Assembly: GCA_037308085.1 (NCBI GenBank)
Contig: CP147779.1
Location: 64,001 to 128,000 of the forward strand
Direction of reading: 5' to 3'
Length of the DNA stretch: 64,000 nt
Source of the DNA: Promethearchaeati archaeon SRVP18_Atabeyarchaeia-1
Lineage (GTDB): Archaea; Asgardarchaeota; Atabeyarchaeia; Atabeyarchaeales; Atabeyarchaeaceae
Below, in pieces: positions 46,658-56,234 of the stretch; within the stretch, counting starts at the first letter, position 1, and each line of letters starts with the position of its first letter. Below the pieces are notes generated by a model. The model ran no database searches. It had not been told where the DNA came from and saw only the letters and a program-made list of their open reading frames with translations. Position numbers and translations under genes: made by a program.

Positions 46658-47204
46658 GTCAAAGCATCTCCGCCAGGAGAGAAGAGTGATTTGACCCAAC
46701 AATACAAGGCGACCCCACCGAGCCTAACCAGAGAGGAGCAAGAGGAAAAGAGCAACGTGGACCAGCGTGCAACCCAATCTGAACATATCCTACCTTTTCT
46801 TTCAGTATGAAGACCACGGAGGCTGAACCAAAACTCATAAGCATAACGACCCAGTAACAGGTTAACCGCGAGGCTATAAGAACCCACGTCAACATTGAAA
46901 AACAAGAAGACGCACCACAAGACAAGGATCATTCACTGACCACCACAGGTGGGCTTCATATCGTCTGAAAAGGTGGTTCATATACATGTCCACAAAGACC
47001 CAGACAATACTAGAAAAGACAAGAAATAAACCGACTAGATCTACAAAACGAGGAAAAAGACTTTGATAGCCCATTGAATAACTCAAAAGCCCGTTCAAGC
47101 TCCATGAATTGATTAGGGAGAGCTAGCTGGCGCTAGCCGAATTGCATGTTCTTTCGGTTTCTGCGAATAAACGGTTAAATATGTGTGGGGGTTCTGCTTG
47201 TACC

Positions 47205-47432
47205 ATGTGCTTAGCAATACCGGCTAGAGTGCTGGAAGTGAAAGGGGATTCAGCTAAGGTAGATTTCGGCAATGGTACGGTGAGAGCGGTAAACGTGGCG
47301 CTGCTGGATAATGTGAGAGTCGGGCAGTATGTTATTGTCCATGCCGGCTTTGCAATTCAGGTAATGGATGAGCGTGAAGCAAAGAAGACCTTGGATCTGT
47401 GGGAAGAGATGCTTCAGGCTCCTCTGGACTAG
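47205..47432 (+). CDS. hypC: hydrogenase chaperone HypC
   Basis: MCLAIPARV...VGQYVIVHAGFAI. Confidence 0.97.
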   Translation: MCLAIPARVLEVKGDSAKVDFGNGTVRAVNVALLDNVRVGQYVIVHAGFAIQVMDEREAKKTLDLWEEMLQAPLD

Positions 47433-47566
47433 CGGACGCGACCAAGCGGCAGCCTGCGCGGGTTTGGTTAGGCGCTGATGAGTGTCAATCCGTGGATGAT
47501 GATGTTGATCGTTTTGGTGCTGATTTCCTTTTTGTATCGAGGGCATGTGTGATAGGTGGTAGGCAA

Positions 47567-48265
47567 TTGCGGAAAGTGATAAAGTCGGTCGAAGGGGAAT
47601 CGCTGGATATTGAGCTCGATGCCGACCTGCTGAGGGAAAACGAGCGGATCGCTGAGGAGAATAGGCAACTTCTGAGTTCGCATGGGGTTGTAGCCATCGA
47701 CGTGATGGGGTCTGTTGGGTCCGGCAAGACCACGCTCATAGAGCAGATTGTCCAGAGAATCAAGGGGAAGTACAGGGTGGCCGCGCTGGATGGGGACCTG
47801 AACACGACCATCGATGCCGACTTGATTGGTAGACACGGCGTCGAGAGCATTCAGATCAACACGGGGAAGGAATGCCACCTGGATGCCAACTTGGTTCGAA
47901 AGGCCTTGAAGGAAATCGACTTGGATAGCATTGACCTGATCATTATCGAGAACGTGGGCAATCTCATATGCCCCACAGACTTCCCTCTCGGGTCATCAAA
48001 GAGGGTTGTTGTTATCAGTGTCACAGAGGGACCTTACATGGTGCTGAAGCACCCCCTTACTTTCGCTAGAGCCGATATACTTGTCATTAACAAGGTGGAA
48101 CTGGCTGATGCGATGAGCGTTGACCCTGGCAAGCTGGAGAGCGATGCAAGAAAAGTGAAGCCGGAGCTCAAGGTTGTTAGGGCATCCCTGAGGAAGGGTA
48201 TAGGCGTAGAAGAAGTCATCCGGGCGCTGGACCTGCCTTCGCTACTCGAGAACCACCGCGCATAA
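47567..48265 (+). CDS. hypB: hydrogenase nickel-insertion GTPase HypB
   Basis: GSVGSGKTT, CHLDA, ENVGNLICP, SVTEG, INKVE. Confidence 0.95.
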   Translation: MRKVIKSVEGESLDIELDADLLRENERIAEENRQLLSSHGVVAIDVMGSVGSGKTTLIEQIVQRIKGKYRVAALDGDLNTTIDADLIGRHGVESIQINTGKECHLDANLVRKALKEIDLDSIDLIIIENVGNLICPTDFPLGSSKRVVVISVTEGPYMVLKHPLTFARADILVINKVELADAMSVDPGKLESDARKVKPELKVVRASLRKGIGVEEVIRALDLPSLLENHRA

Positions 48266-48314
48266 GCTTCCGTATTCTCTCACTATATTAGTGATGTTAG
48301 GTGATTGATCAGGT

Positions 48315-48758
48315 ATGCATGAGTTTTCAGTGACCCAGCAGATCGTACAGACTGTTCTCTCAGAGGCGCAAAAGCACCACGCTAAGCGGGTCACCTCAGT
48401 GCACCTCTTGATAGGCAAGCTAACTTTCCTTGGTACGGAGCAAATCAGGTTCTCCTACGGGCTACTCGCTAAGGGAACAATTATGGAGCACTCTAAGTTG
48501 TTTATCGAGGAGACCGAGCCTGTTGTCAAATGCGGCAAGTGCGGTTATGAGGGACCTGCAAAGTACCTGGAGGATCCTGCATTTCATTACTCTATCCCAA
48601 CCCTGGCCTGCCCGAAGTGCGGCAATCAGGTCAGCATCTCTTCTGGAAGAGAGTGCACCATCAAGGACATCGGGATAGTCGCGGATGGGGAAGCAGAGGA
48701 AGATAGGAGAGGAAACGAAGGTGAAAGAGGAGATGGGAGAGGAAGGAAGCATCTCTAA
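48315..48758 (+). CDS. hypA: hydrogenase nickel chaperone HypA
   Basis: MHEFS, CGKC, CPKC, GRE. Confidence 0.95.
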   Translation: MHEFSVTQQIVQTVLSEAQKHHAKRVTSVHLLIGKLTFLGTEQIRFSYGLLAKGTIMEHSKLFIEETEPVVKCGKCGYEGPAKYLEDPAFHYSIPTLACPKCGNQVSISSGRECTIKDIGIVADGEAEEDRRGNEGERGDGRGRKHL

Positions 48759-48759
48759 G

Positions 48760-49863
48760 ATGGCATTTGACTTCAGGGGCAGGGCGACCGCGGAAAAGAT
48801 CCTCCGGATTATTAAGAGCCTCAACCTACAGATCCAAATCATGCACGTATGCGGTACCCACCAAGATACAATCGTGAAGTATGGATTGGATCCACTTCTG
48901 AAGGAGCGTGGTGTGACGGTGAGGCAGGGGCCTGGTTGCCCCGTCTGCGTCACTACTCAGAGGGAAATCGAGGAAGGGATACGCTTAGCCGAAACGGGCA
49001 AGATCGTGGCAACTTACGGCGATATGATGCGGGTCCCTGGCGAGAAGAAGTCTCTCACGGAAATAAGAGCTTCAGGTGGAAACGTCCAGATAGTGTACAG
49101 CATACAGGATGCGCTGTCGATTGCAGAGAAAAGGAAGGAAGGGGTTGTTTTTGTGGCTGTAGGCTTTGAGACGACTGCTCCGAGCACAGCAGTGACGCTG
49201 CTAGGACACCCACCGGCCAACTTCTCTATACTCAACTGCCACAGGTATGTTCCTCCAGCGCTCCATGCGTTGCTTGATATGGGCGAAGTAAAGATCCAGG
49301 GCTTCATTGAGCCAGGCCACGTGAGCACCATAATCGGACTAAAGCCCTACGAAGAGTTGTCAGCGAAATACGGGATACCTCAGGTCGTCGCAGGATTCGA
49401 GCCCCTAGATGTGTTGATGTCTGTTTATATGCTCGCAAGACAGATAGTAAAAGGAGAAGCAAAAGTGGAGAACGAGTACACGAGAGTAGTTAAATACGAA
49501 GGGAATCCAAAAGCACTTGAAGCATTGCACGAAGTCTTCGAGCCCTGTGATGTTAAGTGGAGAGGCTTCCCAGTGATCCCTAGTTCGGGAATGAAGTTAA
49601 AAGAGGAGTTTGAGGAATTCGACGCGAGGAAAGTCTACGAGGATGAACTTAGAGAGGTTTCCCGGAGGGAATTCAGTGAGCCAAAGGGATGCATGTGCAG
49701 CGAAGTCTTGAGGGGGTTGATTGAGTCGACGGAGTGCCCGCTTTTCTCAGAAGCTTGTACGCCTCAGCATCCTGTCGGTCCCTGTATGGTTTCTATGGAA
49801 GGGGCATGCAACATACTGTTCAAGTACTGTGGGACAGAAACGAAAAGGAAGAGGAAGAAGTAG
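48760..49863 (+). CDS. hypD: hydrogenase maturation protein HypD
   Basis: MHVCGTH, GPGCPVC, GFETT, PGHVS, GPCMVSMEGAC. Confidence 0.97.
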   Translation: MAFDFRGRATAEKILRIIKSLNLQIQIMHVCGTHQDTIVKYGLDPLLKERGVTVRQGPGCPVCVTTQREIEEGIRLAETGKIVATYGDMMRVPGEKKSLTEIRASGGNVQIVYSIQDALSIAEKRKEGVVFVAVGFETTAPSTAVTLLGHPPANFSILNCHRYVPPALHALLDMGEVKIQGFIEPGHVSTIIGLKPYEELSAKYGIPQVVAGFEPLDVLMSVYMLARQIVKGEAKVENEYTRVVKYEGNPKALEALHEVFEPCDVKWRGFPVIPSSGMKLKEEFEEFDARKVYEDELREVSRREFSEPKGCMCSEVLRGLIESTECPLFSEACTPQHPVGPCMVSMEGACNILFKYCGTETKRKRKK

Positions 49864-49929
49864 TTCAATCTCAGGTCGTTGTCGTGTAGGCAAGTCTACA
49901 TCGACTCGTTGTCCGTGGTGAGTATGGAA

Positions 49930-50484
49930 ATGGGTATCGTTAGAATAGTCATGATGGTTGACGAAAACAAGGATGCATCATGCTACAAGTTGCGGCATGA
50001 GGCAGGAGAAGGAGGAGAAGGGCAGAAGAACAGGTGGGATACGACTTCAGAGGACGAGAAAAACGAGGTTTGCAGTAAGTGCCCACTCGCTTGGAACCGA
50101 GGCTTCTGCGAGGGGAAATTCGGACCAACCTATTCCAGTTTGCCCAGCTTCGCCAAAAGGTTCGGATGCGATATAATCGCGGATATTCCGAAGAGTTATG
50201 AAAAGCGAGTGATATTCTCCCCGCCCCAAGCGCAGAGGCTTCTGGAGGAAGTCGGTCTGCTCCGGGAGAAGCTGAAATTTGAGAAGGATACCGTGTTCAT
50301 ACCGAAGGAAAATGAGAGCCTGCCTGAAGAAAAGATAGAGCAATGGCTGGCTTATACGGTCGGCTTCGACGGGGTTGTCACTAGAAAGATCAATGCGCTG
50401 AGAGTTCACGAGGCGACCTTAACCCAGCTGGAGAATATGGCTAAGACTTGCGTTGAGCATAGTTGTAGCTTCACGTTCTCTTAG
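49930..50484 (+). CDS. Cys-containing hypothetical protein
   Basis: CYK, CSKCPLAW, FCEG; lies directly after hypD. Confidence 0.6.
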   Translation: MGIVRIVMMVDENKDASCYKLRHEAGEGGEGQKNRWDTTSEDEKNEVCSKCPLAWNRGFCEGKFGPTYSSLPSFAKRFGCDIIADIPKSYEKRVIFSPPQAQRLLEEVGLLREKLKFEKDTVFIPKENESLPEEKIEQWLAYTVGFDGVVTRKINALRVHEATLTQLENMAKTCVEHSCSFTFS

Positions 50485-50504
50485 CAGCTTAGCAATCTAG
50501 TGGA

Positions 50505-51566
50505 TCAGCATATCCTCGGAACAGGGTCTCCAGCAGGAGGAGGCAGAATTCGTTTTCCACCCACCGTTGTCTCGATTACAACTTGACTGTACGACTTGGT
50601 GGCTTCTCCTATTATTGCAGCGTTTCTGCCTTCGTCTGTCCGTTTCAGCGCTTGTAGAACTTCTTCAGCCTTCTGAGCGACAACTGCTATCGCTATTTTT
50701 CCTTCGTTTCCTATCTCTAAGGGGTCGAGGCCCAGCATTTCGCATGCAGTTCGGACACCCTCGCTTATAGGGATGTCCTCCTGCCTGACTATTATTCCAG
50801 TGTCAGATTTCTCGCTCCACTCGTTTAGCAGATTCGCGAGTCCACCCCTTGTCGGATCCTTCATCTTCACTACTCCCCCCACCTGAAGAAGTTTCTCGGT
50901 TAGCTTGTTCAGAGGTCTTACGTCTGACTTTACCTCGCTCTCAAACCCATATCCTTCCCGAAAGGATAGAATCGCTATCCCATGGTCTCCCATAGTTCCA
51001 GAGACGATGATCTTATCGCCGTCCCGGATGTTGGAGTCAAGCAGCCACCGCGAATCGAATGATGGCCGATATTTCTTAGCGATCTCAATGTTCCTGTCTA
51101 GGAACCTGCTTCTGCGTCCGACGCCTGATGTGTTTATGACGCACTTCTCAAGGGAACCTTTCTCAACAACCTTTGTGTCACCAGTTATTACGGAGACGCC
51201 AGCTTCCTTGCATGTCTCCCCCATGCTCTTCAATATACGTTCAAGGTCCTTGATGGGAAAACCCTCCTCAAGTATGAGACCTGCCGCCAATGCTATTGGC
51301 TCGGCGCCCATGACAGCGATGTCATTGACGGTTCCCGATATTGAGAGCCTGCCGATGTCTCCACCTGGGAAAAACAGTGGTTTGACGGTGTGCGAATCTG
51401 ATTTCAAGACGATTCCATCTACAACCCCCGAGTCGTCAAGAGCCTCTAAGGGAACCTCTGCATTGCTTCCACCAAGGTACTTCAGAATATAGCTCTTTAT
51501 GAGCTCCTGCATCACGCTGCCGCCAGCTCCATGTGACATAGTAATATGGCTCAACTGACTTCTCAC
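50505..51566 (-). CDS. hypE: carbamoyl dehydratase HypE
   Basis: SHGAGG, DSHTVKPLFFPGGDIG, GDTKV, DPTRGG, C-terminal PRIC. Confidence 0.97.
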   Translation of the reverse strand: MRSQLSHITMSHGAGGSVMQELIKSYILKYLGGSNAEVPLEALDDSGVVDGIVLKSDSHTVKPLFFPGGDIGRLSISGTVNDIAVMGAEPIALAAGLILEEGFPIKDLERILKSMGETCKEAGVSVITGDTKVVEKGSLEKCVINTSGVGRRSRFLDRNIEIAKKYRPSFDSRWLLDSNIRDGDKIIVSGTMGDHGIAILSFREGYGFESEVKSDVRPLNKLTEKLLQVGGVVKMKDPTRGGLANLLNEWSEKSDTGIIVRQEDIPISEGVRTACEMLGLDPLEIGNEGKIAIAVVAQKAEEVLQALKRTDEGRNAAIIGEATKSYSQVVIETTVGGKRILPPPAGDPVPRIC

Positions 51567-51733
51567 CTCAAGAAGAACGTCGCGATGCTACCTATAGCAC
51601 AAGTGAGAATTACAAGCCCCAGCAACGTAAATAACCTTTTTTGCACTTCAAAGTAGCCACTCTTGGGGTGCAGGAGTGCAGAGCCCACTCGCTCAATTCC
51701 AAGAAGAGAGAAAAGGAAAGTTGGTTGGCTTAC

Positions 51734-52540
51734 CTAGAGCCTTTGAAGTATTGCGTCGCGCGTGAATTTTCTCGAAGCCACTTTGAAGAGCCCATAGTCA
51801 GCGACAGCAAATATGGCGACGACGGTGAGCACGAAGTAAATGCTCGTTATGGCGCCAACCAAGATCGGAAGGAACGCAATGACTAAGACGGGAACAACGA
51901 CCACGCCACCAAGCTGAGTTGCCTCCATCACCTTGGTGGCCCTAGTTGAGACCCAGACCATGGTCAGTATGCCGAAGAACGCCAATAGCGGATAGAGTAG
52001 AGCCAACTGGATCAGCACGGTGATGTTTGGAAATATCAACTGAAATGCGCCGTTCACGAAGTACCATGACAAGTTTACCACTATCGTCGTTGAGAGAATG
52101 CAGGCATACGTTGTTATGATTGTAGGTATGAAGGACGTAAGTATCTTGCCAAGAAGGATCTCTGAATCTGTTAGAGGCGTTTCTAGAAGCTGTTGTATGG
52201 TCTTCCTTTCTTTCTCACCAGCAAAGCTGTCAGCAGCAATATAGACTGGGAGAATTACTGGAACCATAAGCAACATTTCTGCAAGGAACGCATACAGAAA
52301 GAACAGATATGTACGCTGGCCCAATGTGAAGCCGGGGAAGAAGTCAGGCGGGATAGGCATGCCAGAGGTACCGCCACCAGAAGATATGCCCACAAGTTCG
52401 CCAAGGAACCCATACAACATGGGGATGACAAACCCAAATAGCAGTCCCATTCCGACAAAGCTGTACTTTATGACCCTGCTTCTGAATGCCTCGCGCATTT
52501 CCTTTCTAGCTATTATCATTGATCTCTTGAGCACTGCCAT
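51734..52540 (-). CDS. ABC-2 type transporter permease
   Basis: IARKE, DSFAGEKERKTIQQLLETP..ILLGK, 6 TM helices. Confidence 0.9.
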   Translation of the reverse strand: MAVLKRSMIIARKEMREAFRSRVIKYSFVGMGLLFGFVIPMLYGFLGELVGISSGGGTSGMPIPPDFFPGFTLGQRTYLFFLYAFLAEMLLMVPVILPVYIAADSFAGEKERKTIQQLLETPLTDSEILLGKILTSFIPTIITTYACILSTTIVVNLSWYFVNGAFQLIFPNITVLIQLALLYPLLAFFGILTMVWVSTRATKVMEATQLGGVVVVPVLVIAFLPILVGAITSIYFVLTVVAIFAVADYGLFKVASRKFTRDAILQRL

Positions 52541-52548
52541 ACCTCCAT

Positions 52549-53502
52549 CTACCTGCTTTCATCTGCCTGGCCGACGATCTTCAAGTAGACGTCTTCCAGC
52601 GTCTTCCTTTCTTCTTGCAGTGTCACTATCTTACCACCAAGCTGGAGTATCTTCTGGATAATCTGCGGGTTAGCCTCATTCGGTACGTCTGTCTCATAGC
52701 GAACAGTGTTTCGACTAATCTTGATGTTCTCAATTGAACCTATCTCGGCAAGCTTCCCCGAATCCCCTTTCTCCAGTGCAGAGAGCAGTGTGACCGTGAA
52801 TACCCTTCTTTTCCATAAGGAACCCTCTAGTTCACGCGTTCCTCCTATTGTGGCTATTTTACCCTTGTTTATGATTGCTATCCGATCGCAAATCGATTCT
52901 GCCTCAGGCAAGTTATGGGTGCACAGGAATACGGTCCGGTTCAATTGCTTGCAGAAATTCGCCAGCCAATCCCGGAATGATTTAGCGGTAGCCGGGTCGA
53001 GTCCAGTCGTAGGCTCGTCCATAAACAGGACTTGGGGGTCGTTGATGATCGCCCGAGCTATGCTCACCTTCTGGCGCATACCTCGACTGAAGGTTGCTAT
53101 TCTATCATTTCTTCTCGGCCAAAGCTCCATCATATCTAGGAGCTCTCTTTCTCGACCTTTGATTTCGCTTTCAGGAACACCATAGAGTCTAGCGAAGTAC
53201 TCAAGGTTCTCTAAGGGGGTCATTCGTTCGTAGAGTCCAGCAAGCTCAGGTTCAGGTAGTAGGCCAACAATTGATCTGACCTCATTCGCCTGCGTGGCCA
53301 CGTTATGCCCGTCGACGCTTGCTTTGCCATCATCTGGCCTTATTAGACCGCAAAGAAGTCTGACCGTAGTTGTTTTCCCAGCCCCATTTGGTCCAAGAAA
53401 ACCAAAAATCTCCCCCTTCTTGACGGAAAATGAAACGTGATCCACTGCCATGACATTTCCGAATGCCCTAGTCAGACCCTCAGCGGCTATTATCTCCGAC
53501 AA
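52549..53502 (-). CDS. ABC transporter ATP-binding protein
   Basis: GPNGAGKTT, FSRGMRQK, DEPTTGLDP, TLEDVY. Confidence 0.95.
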   Translation of the reverse strand: MSEIIAAEGLTRAFGNVMAVDHVSFSVKKGEIFGFLGPNGAGKTTTVRLLCGLIRPDDGKASVDGHNVATQANEVRSIVGLLPEPELAGLYERMTPLENLEYFARLYGVPESEIKGRERELLDMMELWPRRNDRIATFSRGMRQKVSIARAIINDPQVLFMDEPTTGLDPATAKSFRDWLANFCKQLNRTVFLCTHNLPEAESICDRIAIINKGKIATIGGTRELEGSLWKRRVFTVTLLSALEKGDSGKLAEIGSIENIKISRNTVRYETDVPNEANPQIIQKILQLGGKIVTLQEERKTLEDVYLKIVGQADESR

Positions 53503-53670
53503 GTCAACCTCATCTCCATACAAGAGAGCTTCGACCATAATTTGGATTGGCTTCTATCTACTTTCTGGTTTCACTTACTGAAATAGGCTCTGAGGAAAAC
53601 TTTATATAGCTCCAGGTATATATCTATTACGGTAGTTGTAATCGATTACACCTACAGAGATGAAGATCTA

Positions 53671-54291
53671 ATGGATGAATCCATGGTTTTGAAGGATGCA
53701 GAGAAGATACGCATCAGCCTAGAGCCGCTCAACAGGAAGATACTTGACCTCCTGATCGATAGAGAAATGACGATCACAATGTTGGCCAACTCAATAAGGG
53801 ACAAGGGCAAAAAGGGTGTTCCTGCCCCAACAATTCTGCGAAGGGTCAGAAAACTCGTTGAAGCGGGACTTATCGAACAAACGAGAGTCGGAACTCCCCC
53901 CCAGAGCAAGGCAAAGAACCTCCTCGAGAAGTTCTACAGAACAAAAGCAAACAAGTTCATAGTGGACACAGAAATAAGCAAGGCGAAAGCGAAAGAAAGA
54001 GCTGCCGAACCTAAGGCTCCGCATGACGCTGTCACCATCCTGGAATCTTACGGATACGGTGTTGCCGAGCAAGGGAAGACTGATTTCGCTTCAAAGTTCA
54101 CTGAATTTCAGAGGCTTCTTGAGGAGAAGAGCAGAGTCCTGACGACAAAGAAACAGTCTTCGAAAACAACGGAGAAGGTGGATCCTAGGATCGACCAGAG
54201 CGTTTTCCAGTTGCTTATGGCCCTAGAAGAATCCAAAGATGAGAAAATAGCTAAACTCATTGATGAGATAAAACGCAGCCTCAGAGAATAG
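53671..54291 (+). CDS. ArsR-like wHTH regulator, divergent from the ABC genes
   Basis: RKILDLL..EMTITMLA...TILRRVRKLVEAGLIE...EKFY. Confidence 0.8.
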   Translation: MDESMVLKDAEKIRISLEPLNRKILDLLIDREMTITMLANSIRDKGKKGVPAPTILRRVRKLVEAGLIEQTRVGTPPQSKAKNLLEKFYRTKANKFIVDTEISKAKAKERAAEPKAPHDAVTILESYGYGVAEQGKTDFASKFTEFQRLLEEKSRVLTTKKQSSKTTEKVDPRIDQSVFQLLMALEESKDEKIAKLIDEIKRSLRE

Positions 54292-54343
54292 GTACTCTAA
54301 TGACAAGCTGATGCGTTGAGAAGACCGCCTTCCCATTTTTGCA

Positions 54344-55018
54344 TCAGCCTATCTCCCTGATGAACTGGGTGACGAATGATGCAAGGTACTTCTGGCGACG
54401 CTTTACCAGTTGCCTTCCCGTTTCGGTGTGGATCGTCTCCCCGAGTTTGAGGAGCTTCTTCTGGAAGTGGTCCAAGACGTATCTGTCGTCGTCTAACTCT
54501 CTGTTTTTCGCGAGCGGATCAGCTGTATCGTAGAGTTCCATGTTCTTTGCCCCGCCATAGGCGAAAGCCATGGCTACCCCAATTGCCCCGCTTATGTCTA
54601 TTCTGTCTGCGTCTTGCAGAATCTTCGCCTCGAGCGTCCCTGGTGTCCTATGCTGGCTGAACCGATGCACTCTTATCGCATATAGGATTTGAGACGCCTT
54701 TTCCTCAGGGTATCTGCATTCTCCAAGTAACTTTTCTGCAATCTTAGCGGACACTTCTGCGTGATCAATTCCTGGGTTTTCTCGCTCATAGCTTCTGCCA
54801 ACATCGTGGAGTAGCGCTGCCGCCTCGACGACCAAAAGGTCAGCCTTTTCTTTCCTACCGATTCTCGCGCACAGCCCGTGAACCCTGACCATATGCGTCT
54901 CGTCGTGCCCGGCAAAGCCATGATGCTTCATCCATTCAAGCGCCTTCTGTTTCAGGCAATCTGTTAGAGACACCGTTTCGTTACCAGTTTTCCGCGCCAA
55001 ACCTGTGATCAGCTCCAA
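54344..55018 (-). CDS. HD-domain phosphohydrolase
   Basis: HDETHMVRV, LLHDVGR, HRFS, LQDADRID, HFQKKLLKL. Confidence 0.9.
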   Translation of the reverse strand: MELITGLARKTGNETVSLTDCLKQKALEWMKHHGFAGHDETHMVRVHGLCARIGRKEKADLLVVEAAALLHDVGRSYERENPGIDHAEVSAKIAEKLLGECRYPEEKASQILYAIRVHRFSQHRTPGTLEAKILQDADRIDISGAIGVAMAFAYGGAKNMELYDTADPLAKNRELDDDRYVLDHFQKKLLKLGETIHTETGRQLVKRRQKYLASFVTQFIREIG

Positions 55019-55236
55019 CTATTGAGAATGAAATCGGGTATATATCTACATTCAAATCCATAGCACGCAGATTCGTGCCCTCAAGCTTTGCTGACGGAAT
55101 CCCGGCAGGTTTACTAATCGACATCGGTAAGGATAAGAACGGCTTTGAACACGATTAATGATAAATAGGATGACGCTCAATTACGGGAAAAGCATACTTT
55201 TCTCGGAAACGCGCAGAGAGGAGAGTTGGATCCTAA

Positions 55237-56004
55237 ATGCTTCACTTCACCTCAAAACTTGCCTTGGGCAAACCAGATGACGCGGTGCACCAGAGGCTCG
55301 TGAAGTACAGTAAGGGAGATTTCGACGGTCCTGTTATCGAACTGGCGGTAAGGGGAAAGACTCTGACCATGAACGGGAGTCCCGAGTACGAGGACGCGAT
55401 TGGATGGATCTTGGCGAGTCTTGCTCCTCCCCAGTTAGAGCTGAGAGTCGCCGGCTCCATAAGATCCAGTGAAAACCACAGTGAATCTCTCAAGGGCGCA
55501 GGACTGGACTTGGAGATGAAAAAGGCGAAGGGAAAGGCGAGATATGAAGTCAAGATTGGCGAGAAAGTCTTGGCGGCCGAGAAACTCAGGGATCTCTACT
55601 TGAAGTTGATGGGGCAATCGATTATCCTCCTTTCCGTCAAGCCAGTCTCCGGGGGGAAGGAGTGGAGCATGAACACGAAGAAAGCCTACCCCAGACCAGC
55701 TGGGAAAGGTGACTTGAAAGGACCAGACACAGACTTCTGCAAAGCAGTGATACCCGTGAGCGAGGAGACAATTCTGCGGGTTCTTTCTGACGTCGTACCA
55801 GACTTCAAGGAAGAGATTCAAAGCCCATTCAAGCAGCTTAGAGTCGCCAACCTCTACCAGATAACCGACGTAATTCTGCCAGAAAACAAGGACAGCCTTG
55901 ATTTCACAGGGGTCAGACTCAAGGCAAAGAGAAAGGGCATTCTAACAAGAAAGGTTGCGGTTGACGGCAAAGAGATTAGCAGAAAAGTGGAGTTCTCTGC
56001 GTAG
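55237..56004 (+). CDS. archaeal hypothetical protein
   Basis: Long ORF with SD; VHQRLVKYSKGDFDGP and KAKRKG...VDG motifs; function not recognised. Confidence 0.7.
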   Translation: MLHFTSKLALGKPDDAVHQRLVKYSKGDFDGPVIELAVRGKTLTMNGSPEYEDAIGWILASLAPPQLELRVAGSIRSSENHSESLKGAGLDLEMKKAKGKARYEVKIGEKVLAAEKLRDLYLKLMGQSIILLSVKPVSGGKEWSMNTKKAYPRPAGKGDLKGPDTDFCKAVIPVSEETILRVLSDVVPDFKEEIQSPFKQLRVANLYQITDVILPENKDSLDFTGVRLKAKRKGILTRKVAVDGKEISRKVEFSA

Positions 56005-56083
56005 CATAACATCAGCCCAAGGATTGGAAGATCCATCCTTAAATTACCAGAGGTAATAATATTTTTGAAAATATGTTGAATAT

Positions 56084-56097
56084 GAAAAGATTTTTAT
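56084..56097 (+). promoter_or_regulatory. BRE/TATA-like promoter of mat
   Basis: GAAAAGATTTTTAT about 140 nt upstream of the ATG, implying a leader of about 115 nt. Confidence 0.5.
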
Positions 56098-56234
56098 CTC
56101 ATTTTCAATAGGAGACAAATAGCAGGCTACCACGGGCTTCGGAATACGAATGGTGGATGGCGGCAATCAGCCAATAACGTCCCGCCAAGCTGTTAATCAT
56201 GTGGTGCTGAATTGACTATGATGGTGTTCAAGAA

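Noticed and set aside
46654-47098. Three overlapping hydrophobic minus-strand ORFs upstream of the LAGLIDADG gene
   Set aside because: They may be a frameshifted membrane-protein relic, but the strong G/T skew alone produces hydrophobic ORFs; not called.
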